Assembly (NCBI GenBank): GCA_900765095.1
Contig: CAAFRB010000012.1
Location: forward strand, 1,199-65,198
DNA from: Clostridia bacterium
GTDB lineage: Bacteria; Bacillota; Clostridia; TANB77; UBA1234
DNA length: 64,000 bases
Direction: 5' to 3'
The position numbers and the translations under genes are program-made. The notes under the pieces were generated by a model, which saw only the letters and a program-made list of their open reading frames with translations, was not told the origin of the DNA and did no database searches. Below, piece by piece: positions 28,957 through 36,927 of this stretch (its first letter is position 1; each line of letters opens with the position of its first letter).

Positions 28957-29142
28957 TCATCTCCTTTTTGGTATGTTTAAATAAATCTCCAATGCTTCCT
29001 TCGTTACCTTCCACTCTCTACCTACTTTTGTGGCCTTAATTCTTCGTTCCCTGCACAGCTTATTTGCAGTAAATCTTGAACAACTTAAAAACATACATAT
29101 ATCATCAATGCTATACAATTTAATTTCTGCTAATTCAGTCAT
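28957..29142 (-). CDS. xis: Excisionase-like HTH (HTH_17 / Xis family) DNA-binding protein
   Basis: 61-aa MerR/Xis-like HTH protein (ICMFLSCSRFTANKLCRERRIKATKVGREWKV) in the early operon. Confidence 0.55.
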   Translation of the reverse strand: MTELAEIKLYSIDDICMFLSCSRFTANKLCRERRIKATKVGREWKVTKEALEIYLNIPKRR

Positions 29143-29160
29143 TTTTTCACCTGCCTTCCG

Positions 29161-29388
29161 TTACATTCTCCTTTTTAATTCTTGAAACAGCAAACCATCT
29201 GCAAGTATTTCAAGTATTGGCTCGTGCAATGCTTTAGATATTAACTTTATATCTTCCGTATTGGGTTGAATTTTATTTGTTTCAACCATGCTCATCCAAT
29301 CTTGACTTCTCATTACTGCTTCTGCTAATTCATCTTGACTCATTCCATTACCTTTTCTTAAATATTTTATAAAATCGCCTATTTGCAT
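29161..29388 (-). CDS. XRE-family HTH regulator (Cro-like)
   Basis: HTH segment GMSQDELAEAVMRSQDWMSMVE; TTACGAA palindromic operators lie immediately upstream. Confidence 0.6.
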   Translation of the reverse strand: MQIGDFIKYLRKGNGMSQDELAEAVMRSQDWMSMVETNKIQPNTEDIKLISKALHEPILEILADGLLFQELKRRM

Positions 29389-29403
29389 ACGTTTGCTCCT
29401 TTC

Positions 29404-29468
29404 TTACGAAGAATCTTCGTATTACGAAAACTTTTCGTAATTATGAATTTAGTCTTTTAAATTACGAA
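29404..29468. promoter_or_regulatory. Operator cluster: palindromes TTACGAAGAATCTTCGTA (29404-29421) and TTACGAAAACTTTTCGTAA (29422-29440), plus half-site TTACGAA (29462-29468)
   Basis: Perfect inverted repeats read directly; they sit between the two tandem XRE genes. Confidence 0.6.
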
Positions 29469-29521
29469 TATACAAAATTGACCTAAAATCAAATATGTAG
29501 TATCATTCGTTTACAGTTTGT

Positions 29522-29722
29522 TTAACTTTTAGTTAATTGCGTGGCTAAAAAAATAGTCGTAGGAGAAACACCATATACTTCAGACATTTTAATTTTTATT
29601 TTATCACTAGGGGTCCTTTGACCTTCCTCTAATAAATAAAGATATGTTTTAGTTATTCCAATCTTTTTTGATGCATCTGTTAGTCCAATTTTTTTCCTAT
29701 TTCTTATTTCTTTTAGTGTCAT
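29522..29722 (-). CDS. XRE-family HTH regulator (second Cro-like protein)
   Basis: HTH segment LTDASKKIGITKTYLYLLEEG; the likely start is MTLKEIRN (ATG 29720-29722, RBS AAAAGGAGGTG). Confidence 0.6.
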   Translation of the reverse strand: MTLKEIRNRKKIGLTDASKKIGITKTYLYLLEEGQRTPSDKIKIKMSEVYGVSPTTIFLATQLTKS

Positions 29723-29747
29723 AGTTCGCACCTCCTTTTAACTCTGC

Positions 29748-29883
29748 GTTAACTTGATAATCATAGTTTAATTAACTTTAAGTTATTTGTCAATATATTT
29801 TTGCAAAATAATATTAACTTTCTGTTAAAGCGTTCTCGCTGTAAGAAAAAATTATTTACAGAGTTAACTTATTGTTATATAAT
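29748..29883. promoter_or_regulatory. Divergent switch region: four TTAACTT repeats and a plus-strand promoter TTTACA-17-TATAAT (29855-29883) for the CI-like repressor; TTGACA (complement of 29788-29793) for the minus-strand early operon
   Basis: Sequence reading of the -35/-10 hexamers with 17-bp spacing and repeated TTAACTT elements. Confidence 0.55.
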
Positions 29884-29901
29884 GTTAATCGAGGTGAAAA
29901 A

Positions 29902-30495
29902 ATGAACCGTTTAAAAGAATTACGCGAAAAAAAAGAATTACTTCAAAGTGATGTTGCAAAGTTCTTAGGTATATCCAGTCCAGCTTATAGTTATTATGAG
30001 GCTAATAAAAGAAATATGCCTGCTGAAACCGCAATAAAACTATCCAAATTCTTCAATGTTTCTGTTGATTACTTATTGGGAGTAGATACGACGAATAAAA
30101 GGCTATTACCAGTTCTAGGTACCGTAAAAGCTGGCTATAATTACTTAGCACAAGAAAACGTAATTGATTATATAGACCCATCTATGAATATCACTGACCC
30201 CGAGAACTATTTTGGTCTTATCGTCAAAGGCGATAGCATGGCTCCTCTATTCGATGAGGGCGATTATTTAATAGTACATAAATTGGATGGAGAATTTAAT
30301 ACAAATGATATAGGTATAGTCTTAATTAACGGAGATGAAGCTACAATCAAAAAGGTAGTAAAAACAGACACAGGTATCGAACTGCATGCTTTTAATCCTT
30401 ATTATCCAGTTAAAAAATTTACTTATGAGGAAATGGAAAAATTGCCAGTTAAGGTTGTTGGAGTTGTAGTTAGACAAATTAGGAATTGGAAGTAG
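29902..30495 (+). CDS. CI-like phage repressor (XRE HTH + S24 LexA-like peptidase domain)
   Basis: N-terminal HTH LLQSDVAKFLGISSPAYSYYE and C-terminal S24 motifs GDSMAPLFDEGDYLIV ... IKKV. Confidence 0.85.
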   Translation: MNRLKELREKKELLQSDVAKFLGISSPAYSYYEANKRNMPAETAIKLSKFFNVSVDYLLGVDTTNKRLLPVLGTVKAGYNYLAQENVIDYIDPSMNITDPENYFGLIVKGDSMAPLFDEGDYLIVHKLDGEFNTNDIGIVLINGDEATIKKVVKTDTGIELHAFNPYYPVKKFTYEEMEKLPVKVVGVVVRQIRNWK

Positions 30496-30505
30496 GTGTA
30501 TTCAA

Positions 30506-31069
30506 ATGGAAAGAAAAATTTATTGTAAAAAATGTGGTTCAGAATTAGATGTCAATAAAAAATGTACTAAATGTGGAAAACAATATTTCAAATTTAATTT
30601 ACGAGTATTTCTCTTAATATTTTTTATTATTTTGCTGATTTCAATCGTTTGTTTTGAAACATATTATATTTATATTCATCAACAAGATGTAAAAAAATTA
30701 GAAAACAATTTTGCCACTCAAACAGAAAATCTAGAAAAAGAAAAGGACGAAACGTTAAAAACTTTACAAAAATATATTCAATATGGACTAGATACTTGTG
30801 ATGAATTACTTTTTTGGCATGACAACGCAGTAATAGTTTCTAATAATGCTACAAAAAAATATCATAATTATGGTTGTGAAGATTTAATGTTAAATAGTTT
30901 TTGGATATATAATACTAAAGCTGCTGAAGAAAAAGGATACACAATGTGCAAAAAATGTTACGACAAAGAACAAAATTCATCATCTAGCTCTCTTATTCCT
31001 TTAGGATTAGCCATAGACAAGATGAAATACTTAAATAATTCCGATAAAGGAGATATATCGTATGAATAA
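30506..31069 (+). CDS. Membrane protein with N-terminal zinc ribbon (CKKCGSEL...CTKCG), one TM helix and a Cys-containing C-terminal domain; prophage cargo gene
   Basis: Motifs read directly; lies between cI and int. Confidence 0.5.
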   Translation: MERKIYCKKCGSELDVNKKCTKCGKQYFKFNLRVFLLIFFIILLISIVCFETYYIYIHQQDVKKLENNFATQTENLEKEKDETLKTLQKYIQYGLDTCDELLFWHDNAVIVSNNATKKYHNYGCEDLMLNSFWIYNTKAAEEKGYTMCKKCYDKEQNSSSSSLIPLGLAIDKMKYLNNSDKGDISYE

Positions 31070-31367
31070 AAATCCGAAAGAAAAAGCGGATGATTTTTTT
31101 ATAGGTCTTGGAGCACTGGCTATAATTATTATTCCGGCTTTTTTGTTTAATGACTACCAAAAAGTAAAGAAAATAGAAAAATTAGAAAGTGCATATTATA
31201 AAATGGAAGATAAAATTTTGGAAATGTCAGATTATAATGATAACATATTTAAAAAGACAAAAGCAAATGAAACATATGATTTCTACAATTTTGATAATTT
31301 TGAAAGAGTTTTATTCGAGTACGAAGATACATTATTAGAATTAACACAACCTAATAAAAGTGATTAG
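31062..31367 (+). CDS. Small membrane protein (101 aa), prophage cargo gene
   Basis: TM segment LGALAIIIIPAFLF; start overlaps the preceding gene. Confidence 0.4.
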   Translation: MNKNPKEKADDFFIGLGALAIIIIPAFLFNDYQKVKKIEKLESAYYKMEDKILEMSDYNDNIFKKTKANETYDFYNFDNFERVLFEYEDTLLELTQPNKSD

Positions 31368-31462
31368 TAATTCTATTTAAAAATTTCAATTTTAAAATAA
31401 TTAATTTTATTATAAAAGAGGTTATAATATGTCATAAAATTATAATTCTGAAAGGAATAAAT

Positions 31463-32494
31463 ATGGAAGAAAATAAAAATTTAACAAATTCTGGAATTGA
31501 TAGGCAAAATATGCTTAATAACACTATTGCTTTAACTGCAATTCAGAACGAAATTCATATTCCAGGAACAATGTTTGAAAATGAATATAAATTTACTAAA
31601 AAACAAATAGCTGATTTCTATGAGGTTGATGAAAGAACTATTGATAGATATGTTGAACAGTTCAATGCTGAATTGTCAAAAAATGGATATGAAATACTGA
31701 GAGGAAAAAAACTTAAAGATTTTATAGCTTTATACAATTCTAAAGTCGACGACATTAATGTCGTCGACATACCAAAAACCGTTCCAGCTCTAAGTATTTT
31801 CAATTTTAAAGCTTTTTTAAATTTAGGAATGCTGTTGACAGACAGCGAGAAAGCAAAGATGATTAGAGCTTTAATACTAGACATAGTTATTGATGTAATA
31901 AATAAAAAAACTGGGGGAAATACTAAATATATCAATCAAAGAGATGAGGATTTTATAGATTCGGCTTTTAACGAAGAAAATTATCGTAAAGAATTTACAA
32001 AAGCTTTAAATAACTATGTTGTACCAGGCAAATCAAAATTCTCAATATATACAAATAAAATATATGTTAGTATTTTTAAGGAAAACGCTGCAGAATATAG
32101 AAAAATATTAAATTTACAAAAAAATGATAAAACAAGAGATACTTTTTACGCAGAAATACTTGATGTCATTGCATCCTATGAGATTGGTTTAGCAAGCGAA
32201 CTGCAAAAAGCATTTAATATAAAAGGCTCACCATTAGAATATACAGAAGTGGATGAAATATTCAAAAATTTTGAAAATCAAGCTTTGTGGATCCCAACTA
32301 TAAAAAAAGCCCGTACTAAAATGGCAAGTAGAGACTTAGCTTTTAGGGATGCACTACACGAAAAGCTTATGCATTATTTGGAGCCACTTGAAAAAGAAGA
32401 ATTTGAAAGATTTTTAGGCGAAAGAAGTAAAGATTTATCAGAACGTCTAAGTGAAGCACAAGATGTATTAAAACGTTTAAAGGAGCGTGAATAA
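31463..32494 (+). CDS. RhuM-family-like protein (putative DNA-binding partner of Doc)
   Basis: N-terminal KilA-N/HTH-like segment YKFTKKQIADFYEVDERTIDRYVEQF; ~340 aa, typical of RhuM-family proteins; immediately upstream of and coupled to a Doc/Fic gene. Confidence 0.45.
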   Translation: MEENKNLTNSGIDRQNMLNNTIALTAIQNEIHIPGTMFENEYKFTKKQIADFYEVDERTIDRYVEQFNAELSKNGYEILRGKKLKDFIALYNSKVDDINVVDIPKTVPALSIFNFKAFLNLGMLLTDSEKAKMIRALILDIVIDVINKKTGGNTKYINQRDEDFIDSAFNEENYRKEFTKALNNYVVPGKSKFSIYTNKIYVSIFKENAAEYRKILNLQKNDKTRDTFYAEILDVIASYEIGLASELQKAFNIKGSPLEYTEVDEIFKNFENQALWIPTIKKARTKMASRDLAFRDALHEKLMHYLEPLEKEEFERFLGERSKDLSERLSEAQDVLKRLKERE

Positions 32495-32496
32495 CT

Positions 32497-32931
32497 GTGA
32501 TTATTTACTTTCCTAAAGAACAAATTAAAGAAATTCACCAAAAAACAATAGAATTTAGTGGTGGCGGTAATACAGGAGTATTAGATATTGGTAAAGTTGA
32601 ATCTGTTTTAGAGCACATTCAAAATGATGATTACTATCCAACTTTTATAGACAAATTGACTCATTTATTTTTTTCAATTTGCAAATTTCACGCTTTCGCA
32701 GATGGTAATAAGAGATTAGCTATAACATTGAGTTTAAATTTTATTTTAATTAATGGTTATTTATCTGTTTCACAGTGCTTTATGAGAGAAACGGAAAATA
32801 TTAGTTATTATGTAGCAGCCGGCAATATTGATAAAGAGTTACTTCATGAAATTCTAGAGGCTATTATATATGACAACTGGGAAGAAAATGAAGAACTAAA
32901 ATTAAGATATCTTAACGCAATAAACAAATAA
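32497..32931 (+). CDS. doc: Doc (death-on-curing) / Fic-family toxin
   Basis: Fic/Doc motif HAFADGNKRLAITL. GTG start 2 nt after the upstream stop; RBS AAGGAGCG. Confidence 0.75.
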   Translation: MIIYFPKEQIKEIHQKTIEFSGGGNTGVLDIGKVESVLEHIQNDDYYPTFIDKLTHLFFSICKFHAFADGNKRLAITLSLNFILINGYLSVSQCFMRETENISYYVAAGNIDKELLHEILEAIIYDNWEENEELKLRYLNAINK

Positions 32932-33084
32932 AAAGATAACATATCAACTTGGCGGAAGGCATGTTATCTCTTCTCTATTCACAAATGATAGCTCACTTGT
33001 AAGATGTTTATATTTTAAACTATTTTTTTACCTCTTACAAGTGGAACAAATGTTTATATTTTAACACTTAAGGAGGTATTCTTT

Positions 33085-34203
33085 ATGGCTAAACGAAATT
33101 ATAATGGTGAAGGTTCTGTTTATTACCACCAAAAACTACAGAGGTGGGTTGGGCAGTTCACAGATCCTTTCACTCACAAAAGAAAATCTATATATGATAA
33201 AGATGAAAAGGTACTTAGGAAAAAACTGCGTAATGCAATTAGAGATGCGGAAAATGGCAAATTTGTTGAAAAATCCAAAGACACTATACCACAAATTGCC
33301 GAAAAAGTAATTGAACATAAACATCAAGCTAACATTACCAGTTCATCTTCTTACCTTAGAAGCTTAGGTACTCTTGCAATCATCCAAAAATCAGACTTAA
33401 CAGATATTCCTATTCAAAATATAACTAAAAACGATTTGCAGGACTTCTTTTACGGTATTAAAAATTATTCAAACTCTTACATATCAAAAATATTTCAACT
33501 AGTTAAACTTACTTTTGAAGAAGCTATTAAAGATGAATTGATAGTGAAAAACCCCATGGTATATGTTATAAAACCTAAATCCAACAAACAAGATAAAAAA
33601 GTAGAAGCCCTTACCCTAGAACAACATCAACTCTTTGTCAGATCGCTCGAAAATGAATTTTACAAAAATATATTTCTTATAGCAATTAACACTGGTATGA
33701 GATGCGGGGAAATCTTAGCTTTGCAGCCTAATGATATTGACTTTGAAAAGAACATTATCAAAGTTAATAAAACAATAACCAGAAACGACTTTGACAGCTT
33801 CACTCTTAAAGAAGGTGGTAAAACGTATGCCAGCACACGTGAAATTCCTTTTGATAACGATTTAAAGAGCGCTCTTATAAACTCTATATCTAATATGCAA
33901 AAAAACGAATTTGGACTAATATTTTCTCTAAACGGCAAGATAATACGTCCATCTACGCTTAATATTGTCTTTAAAAGAATATGTAAAAACCTAAAGTTCG
34001 AAGGTAGCTATCACTTTCATATGCTGAGACACACATTTGCCACGCGTTGTATCGAATCAGGTATGCCTGCACACGTACTTCAAAAACTTTTAGGTCATAC
34101 AGATGTATCTATTACCATCAATACGTATACTTCAATATTTGACAAATATAAAAAAGAAGAATTTGAAAAATTCCTGGAATACAAAAGAATAAATAATTTA
34201 TAA
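33085..34203 (+). CDS. int: Tyrosine site-specific integrase (phage integrase family)
   Basis: C-terminal catalytic region HFHMLRHTFATRCIESGMPAHVLQKLLGHTDVSITINTYTSI (R..H-x-x-R...Y); RBS AAGGAGG. Confidence 0.9.
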   Translation: MAKRNYNGEGSVYYHQKLQRWVGQFTDPFTHKRKSIYDKDEKVLRKKLRNAIRDAENGKFVEKSKDTIPQIAEKVIEHKHQANITSSSSYLRSLGTLAIIQKSDLTDIPIQNITKNDLQDFFYGIKNYSNSYISKIFQLVKLTFEEAIKDELIVKNPMVYVIKPKSNKQDKKVEALTLEQHQLFVRSLENEFYKNIFLIAINTGMRCGEILALQPNDIDFEKNIIKVNKTITRNDFDSFTLKEGGKTYASTREIPFDNDLKSALINSISNMQKNEFGLIFSLNGKIIRPSTLNIVFKRICKNLKFEGSYHFHMLRHTFATRCIESGMPAHVLQKLLGHTDVSITINTYTSIFDKYKKEEFEKFLEYKRINNL

Positions 34204-34441
34204 ATTGCATTAAAAATTGCATTAAGTTCTAAAAACATACCGAAATATCAACAGTTATTTAAGTCACCCCAGCCAAAATGAAAAAGTTCCAACGCAAGTT
34301 GGGGCTTTTTTATTTTGCGTTAATTCGTAGGATTTAAGCATAACAAGACCTAACCCGTTAAAGCAATTAAATATACATTTCATTTACAAAGCACCACATC
34401 TTATGATAAAATTATGTCAATATATTTTAAGGGGAATTGCT

Positions 34442-36754
34442 ATGAAAAATAATATCGAATTACTTGCACCTGCTGGAAGTTACGATGCTTTTATTGCCGC
34501 GGTGGAAAATGGAGCAAATGCTGTTTATCTTGGTGGCAAACTTTTCAACGCACGTGCTAATGCTTCAAATTTCGACATTGATGAATTAAGAAAAATAATT
34601 GAATACGCTCATTTAAGAGATGTTAAGATACATATAACTATGAATACTCTACTAGATGATTCTGAAATACCAGATGCCCTATCTTTTGCTTATGATATTT
34701 ATTCTCTTGGGGTCGATGCCGTTATCGTGCAGGATTTAGGTCTTGCAAAAGTTCTTCATGAAAATATTCCAGATTTAGTTTTACACGCAAGCACTCAACT
34801 TAGTGCTCATAACTTGGAGTGTGTTGAAGAATTAAGTAAATTAGGTTTTTCAAGAGTTGTTTTGGCACGTGAACTTACTTTCGATGAGATAAAATATATT
34901 TGCGATAATACTACTACTGAAATCGAAATTTTTTCTCATGGTGCATTGTGTGTTTGTTACTCTGGACAATGTCTTATGAGTAGTATGATTGGTGATAGAA
35001 GTGGTAATCGTGGAAAATGTGCTCAACCTTGTAGATTGCCATATTCATTATTGAAAAATGATGATGAGATTGCAAAAGGTTATCTATTAAGTCCAAAAGA
35101 TTTATGCTCGCTTGAACTTTTAAAGGAACTTCCAAATGTGGTTTCTTTAAAGATAGAAGGTAGAATGAAATCTCCTGAATATGTTGCGACAGTTGTAAGT
35201 ACTTATAAGAAATATATCAATAAAATACTTGCTAATGAAGACTCTACGCCTACTTCTGAAGATAAAAATGCTTTAACTCAAATATTTAACAGAGGTGGCT
35301 TTTCTAAAGGCTATTGGCAGGGCAAGACTGGTAAAGATATGATGTGCTATGAAAAGCCTAAAAATTGGGGAATTTATGTTGGAAAAGTTACTAATTATGA
35401 TGGCAAAAGATATATTACCTTAGATGATGTTTCAAAAATTCACATCGGTGATGGAATTGAAATCTGGAATAATTCTAATAACTCTCCTTCCACTATTGTT
35501 AGTGAGATTGTAGGAAACAAAATCGGAAGGATACATGGTGAAATCAGTGTTGGTGATAAGGTATATAAAACTTTGGACAAAGCATTAAATCAAAAAATGC
35601 GTGAAAGTTTTTCTCGAGGCTTTGTTGTACATTCCAAAGTCAATGTAAAAGCCTATATCAAGAATGATGAAAAAGTAAAAATCATAATCAATGATTTTGA
35701 TTATGTTTCAAACGTTATTCCAGATATTGCCGAAAAGCAACCTATATCAAAAGATAAAGTTGTGGCTCAACTCACAAAAACAGGAAATACACCTTTTGAA
35801 ATAGAAAACTTAGAGGTTGAATTAGACGATAATTTGTTTATACCCGTTAGTTCTTTGAATGATATTAGAAGATGTGCTTTTAACGAATATGAAAAGTATT
35901 TTCTCGAAAACGATAAGAAACCTATAACTAAAAATCAACTTGATAAGATAACGAAATACACTACACACAAGTCAAAAGAAGTTTCTGTATTTTTTAACAA
36001 ATTACGTGAAGAATACTCTGCTCTAAGAAATGTTGATAATTATTATTTTACATTTAGGGATGCCATTAAAAATATCGACAATATAAACAATTTTGAAGGG
36101 AAAAAATTTATTTTGCTTCCTACTATTACAAAATCTAATTATGCAAGACTAATAAAAGAAAATGTTGAAAAATTGAGCAAATATGTTGACGGTTTCGTTT
36201 TATCAAATATTGGTCAACTTATGTATTTGGAGAGCATTAAGACTACATTAATTGCAAATTATACGTTTAACACTTTCAACACTTATGCTCTGTCTACTTT
36301 AAAAATGTTAGGCTTTGATAAAGTGATTTTATCTCAAGAATTGACACAAAATCAAATTAATTCTTTAGGAGATGTGGAAGTTAAAAGAGAAGCCATTGTA
36401 TACGGAAATACTTGTGTTATGACCTCTGAATATTGTCCTATTGGAAGTACTATTGGCGGTTTCTGTGCAAATAAAAAATGTTCTATGCCTTGTATAAATA
36501 ACGATAAATATTTTTTACGAGATAGAATGAATATGAAATTTAGGGTAATTAGTGACAATATAGACTGTCAATCACAAATCTTCAACTCTAAAACCTGTTC
36601 TATCGAATCTGGTAACTTAAATGTTGATTCAATAAGAATAGATATAATAGATGAAAATGTCAGTGAAGTTCAAAATATTGTTGATGTTCATAAATCTGGC
36701 AAAAAATTGTCGGGTGAAAAATACACAAATGGGCACGCAAATAGACCCGTATAA
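34442..36754 (+). CDS. Peptidase U32 family (collagenase-like PrtC) with C-terminal extension
   Basis: U32 N-terminal signature ELLAPAGSYDAFIAAVENGANAVYLGGKLFNARA and conserved Cys-rich core. The start was adjusted to MKNNIELL, with RBS AAGGGGA. Confidence 0.85.
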   Translation: MKNNIELLAPAGSYDAFIAAVENGANAVYLGGKLFNARANASNFDIDELRKIIEYAHLRDVKIHITMNTLLDDSEIPDALSFAYDIYSLGVDAVIVQDLGLAKVLHENIPDLVLHASTQLSAHNLECVEELSKLGFSRVVLARELTFDEIKYICDNTTTEIEIFSHGALCVCYSGQCLMSSMIGDRSGNRGKCAQPCRLPYSLLKNDDEIAKGYLLSPKDLCSLELLKELPNVVSLKIEGRMKSPEYVATVVSTYKKYINKILANEDSTPTSEDKNALTQIFNRGGFSKGYWQGKTGKDMMCYEKPKNWGIYVGKVTNYDGKRYITLDDVSKIHIGDGIEIWNNSNNSPSTIVSEIVGNKIGRIHGEISVGDKVYKTLDKALNQKMRESFSRGFVVHSKVNVKAYIKNDEKVKIIINDFDYVSNVIPDIAEKQPISKDKVVAQLTKTGNTPFEIENLEVELDDNLFIPVSSLNDIRRCAFNEYEKYFLENDKKPITKNQLDKITKYTTHKSKEVSVFFNKLREEYSALRNVDNYYFTFRDAIKNIDNINNFEGKKFILLPTITKSNYARLIKENVEKLSKYVDGFVLSNIGQLMYLESIKTTLIANYTFNTFNTYALSTLKMLGFDKVILSQELTQNQINSLGDVEVKREAIVYGNTCVMTSEYCPIGSTIGGFCANKKCSMPCINNDKYFLRDRMNMKFRVISDNIDCQSQIFNSKTCSIESGNLNVDSIRIDIIDENVSEVQNIVDVHKSGKKLSGEKYTNGHANRPV

Positions 36755-36771
36755 TTAAAAAATAAAATGAC

Positions 36772-36812
36772 AAAGACCTGTGAGAAATAGCATCTCACAG
36801 GTCTTTATTTTA
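36772..36812 (+). terminator. Rho-independent terminator after the U32 peptidase gene
   Basis: Hairpin aaagacctgtgag-aaatagcat-ctcacaggtcttt followed by a T-rich tract. Confidence 0.7.
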
Positions 36813-36927
36813 TACGAGAGATTTTCTCCTTTTTAGTCGAAAACTCTCAAGGGACGAAAGAATGAACATCTTTGATTTTCAGCTTTCTTGTGTTCGAAAG
36901 CCTTAGAATCGAAGATTTTCAGCCTTC

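Larger units (their letters stand above)
1..34320. mobile_element. Integrated temperate phage (prophage), right ~34 kb; left end (lysis genes, other att site) lies outside the window
   Basis: Contiguous phage modules ending in a tyrosine integrase at 33085-34203. The first gene is truncated by the window edge. The late operon is on the minus strand and the lysogeny genes on the plus strand. Confidence 0.85.

Noticed and set aside
31618-31935. Minus-strand ORF inside the RhuM-like gene, and similar internal antisense ORFs (33136..33327, 33660..33938, 36352..36558, 61534..61743, 61904..62350, 49140..49448)
   Set aside because: They are embedded in well-supported genes on the opposite strand, are hydrophobic or low complexity, and have no translation signals.
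34268-34318. tRNA or tmRNA 3' end as the phage attachment target next to int
   Set aside because: No T-loop (GTTCGA/GGTTCRANYC) or acceptor-stem pairing is present. The hairpin has a 22-nt loop and looks like a weak terminator or att-site feature instead.
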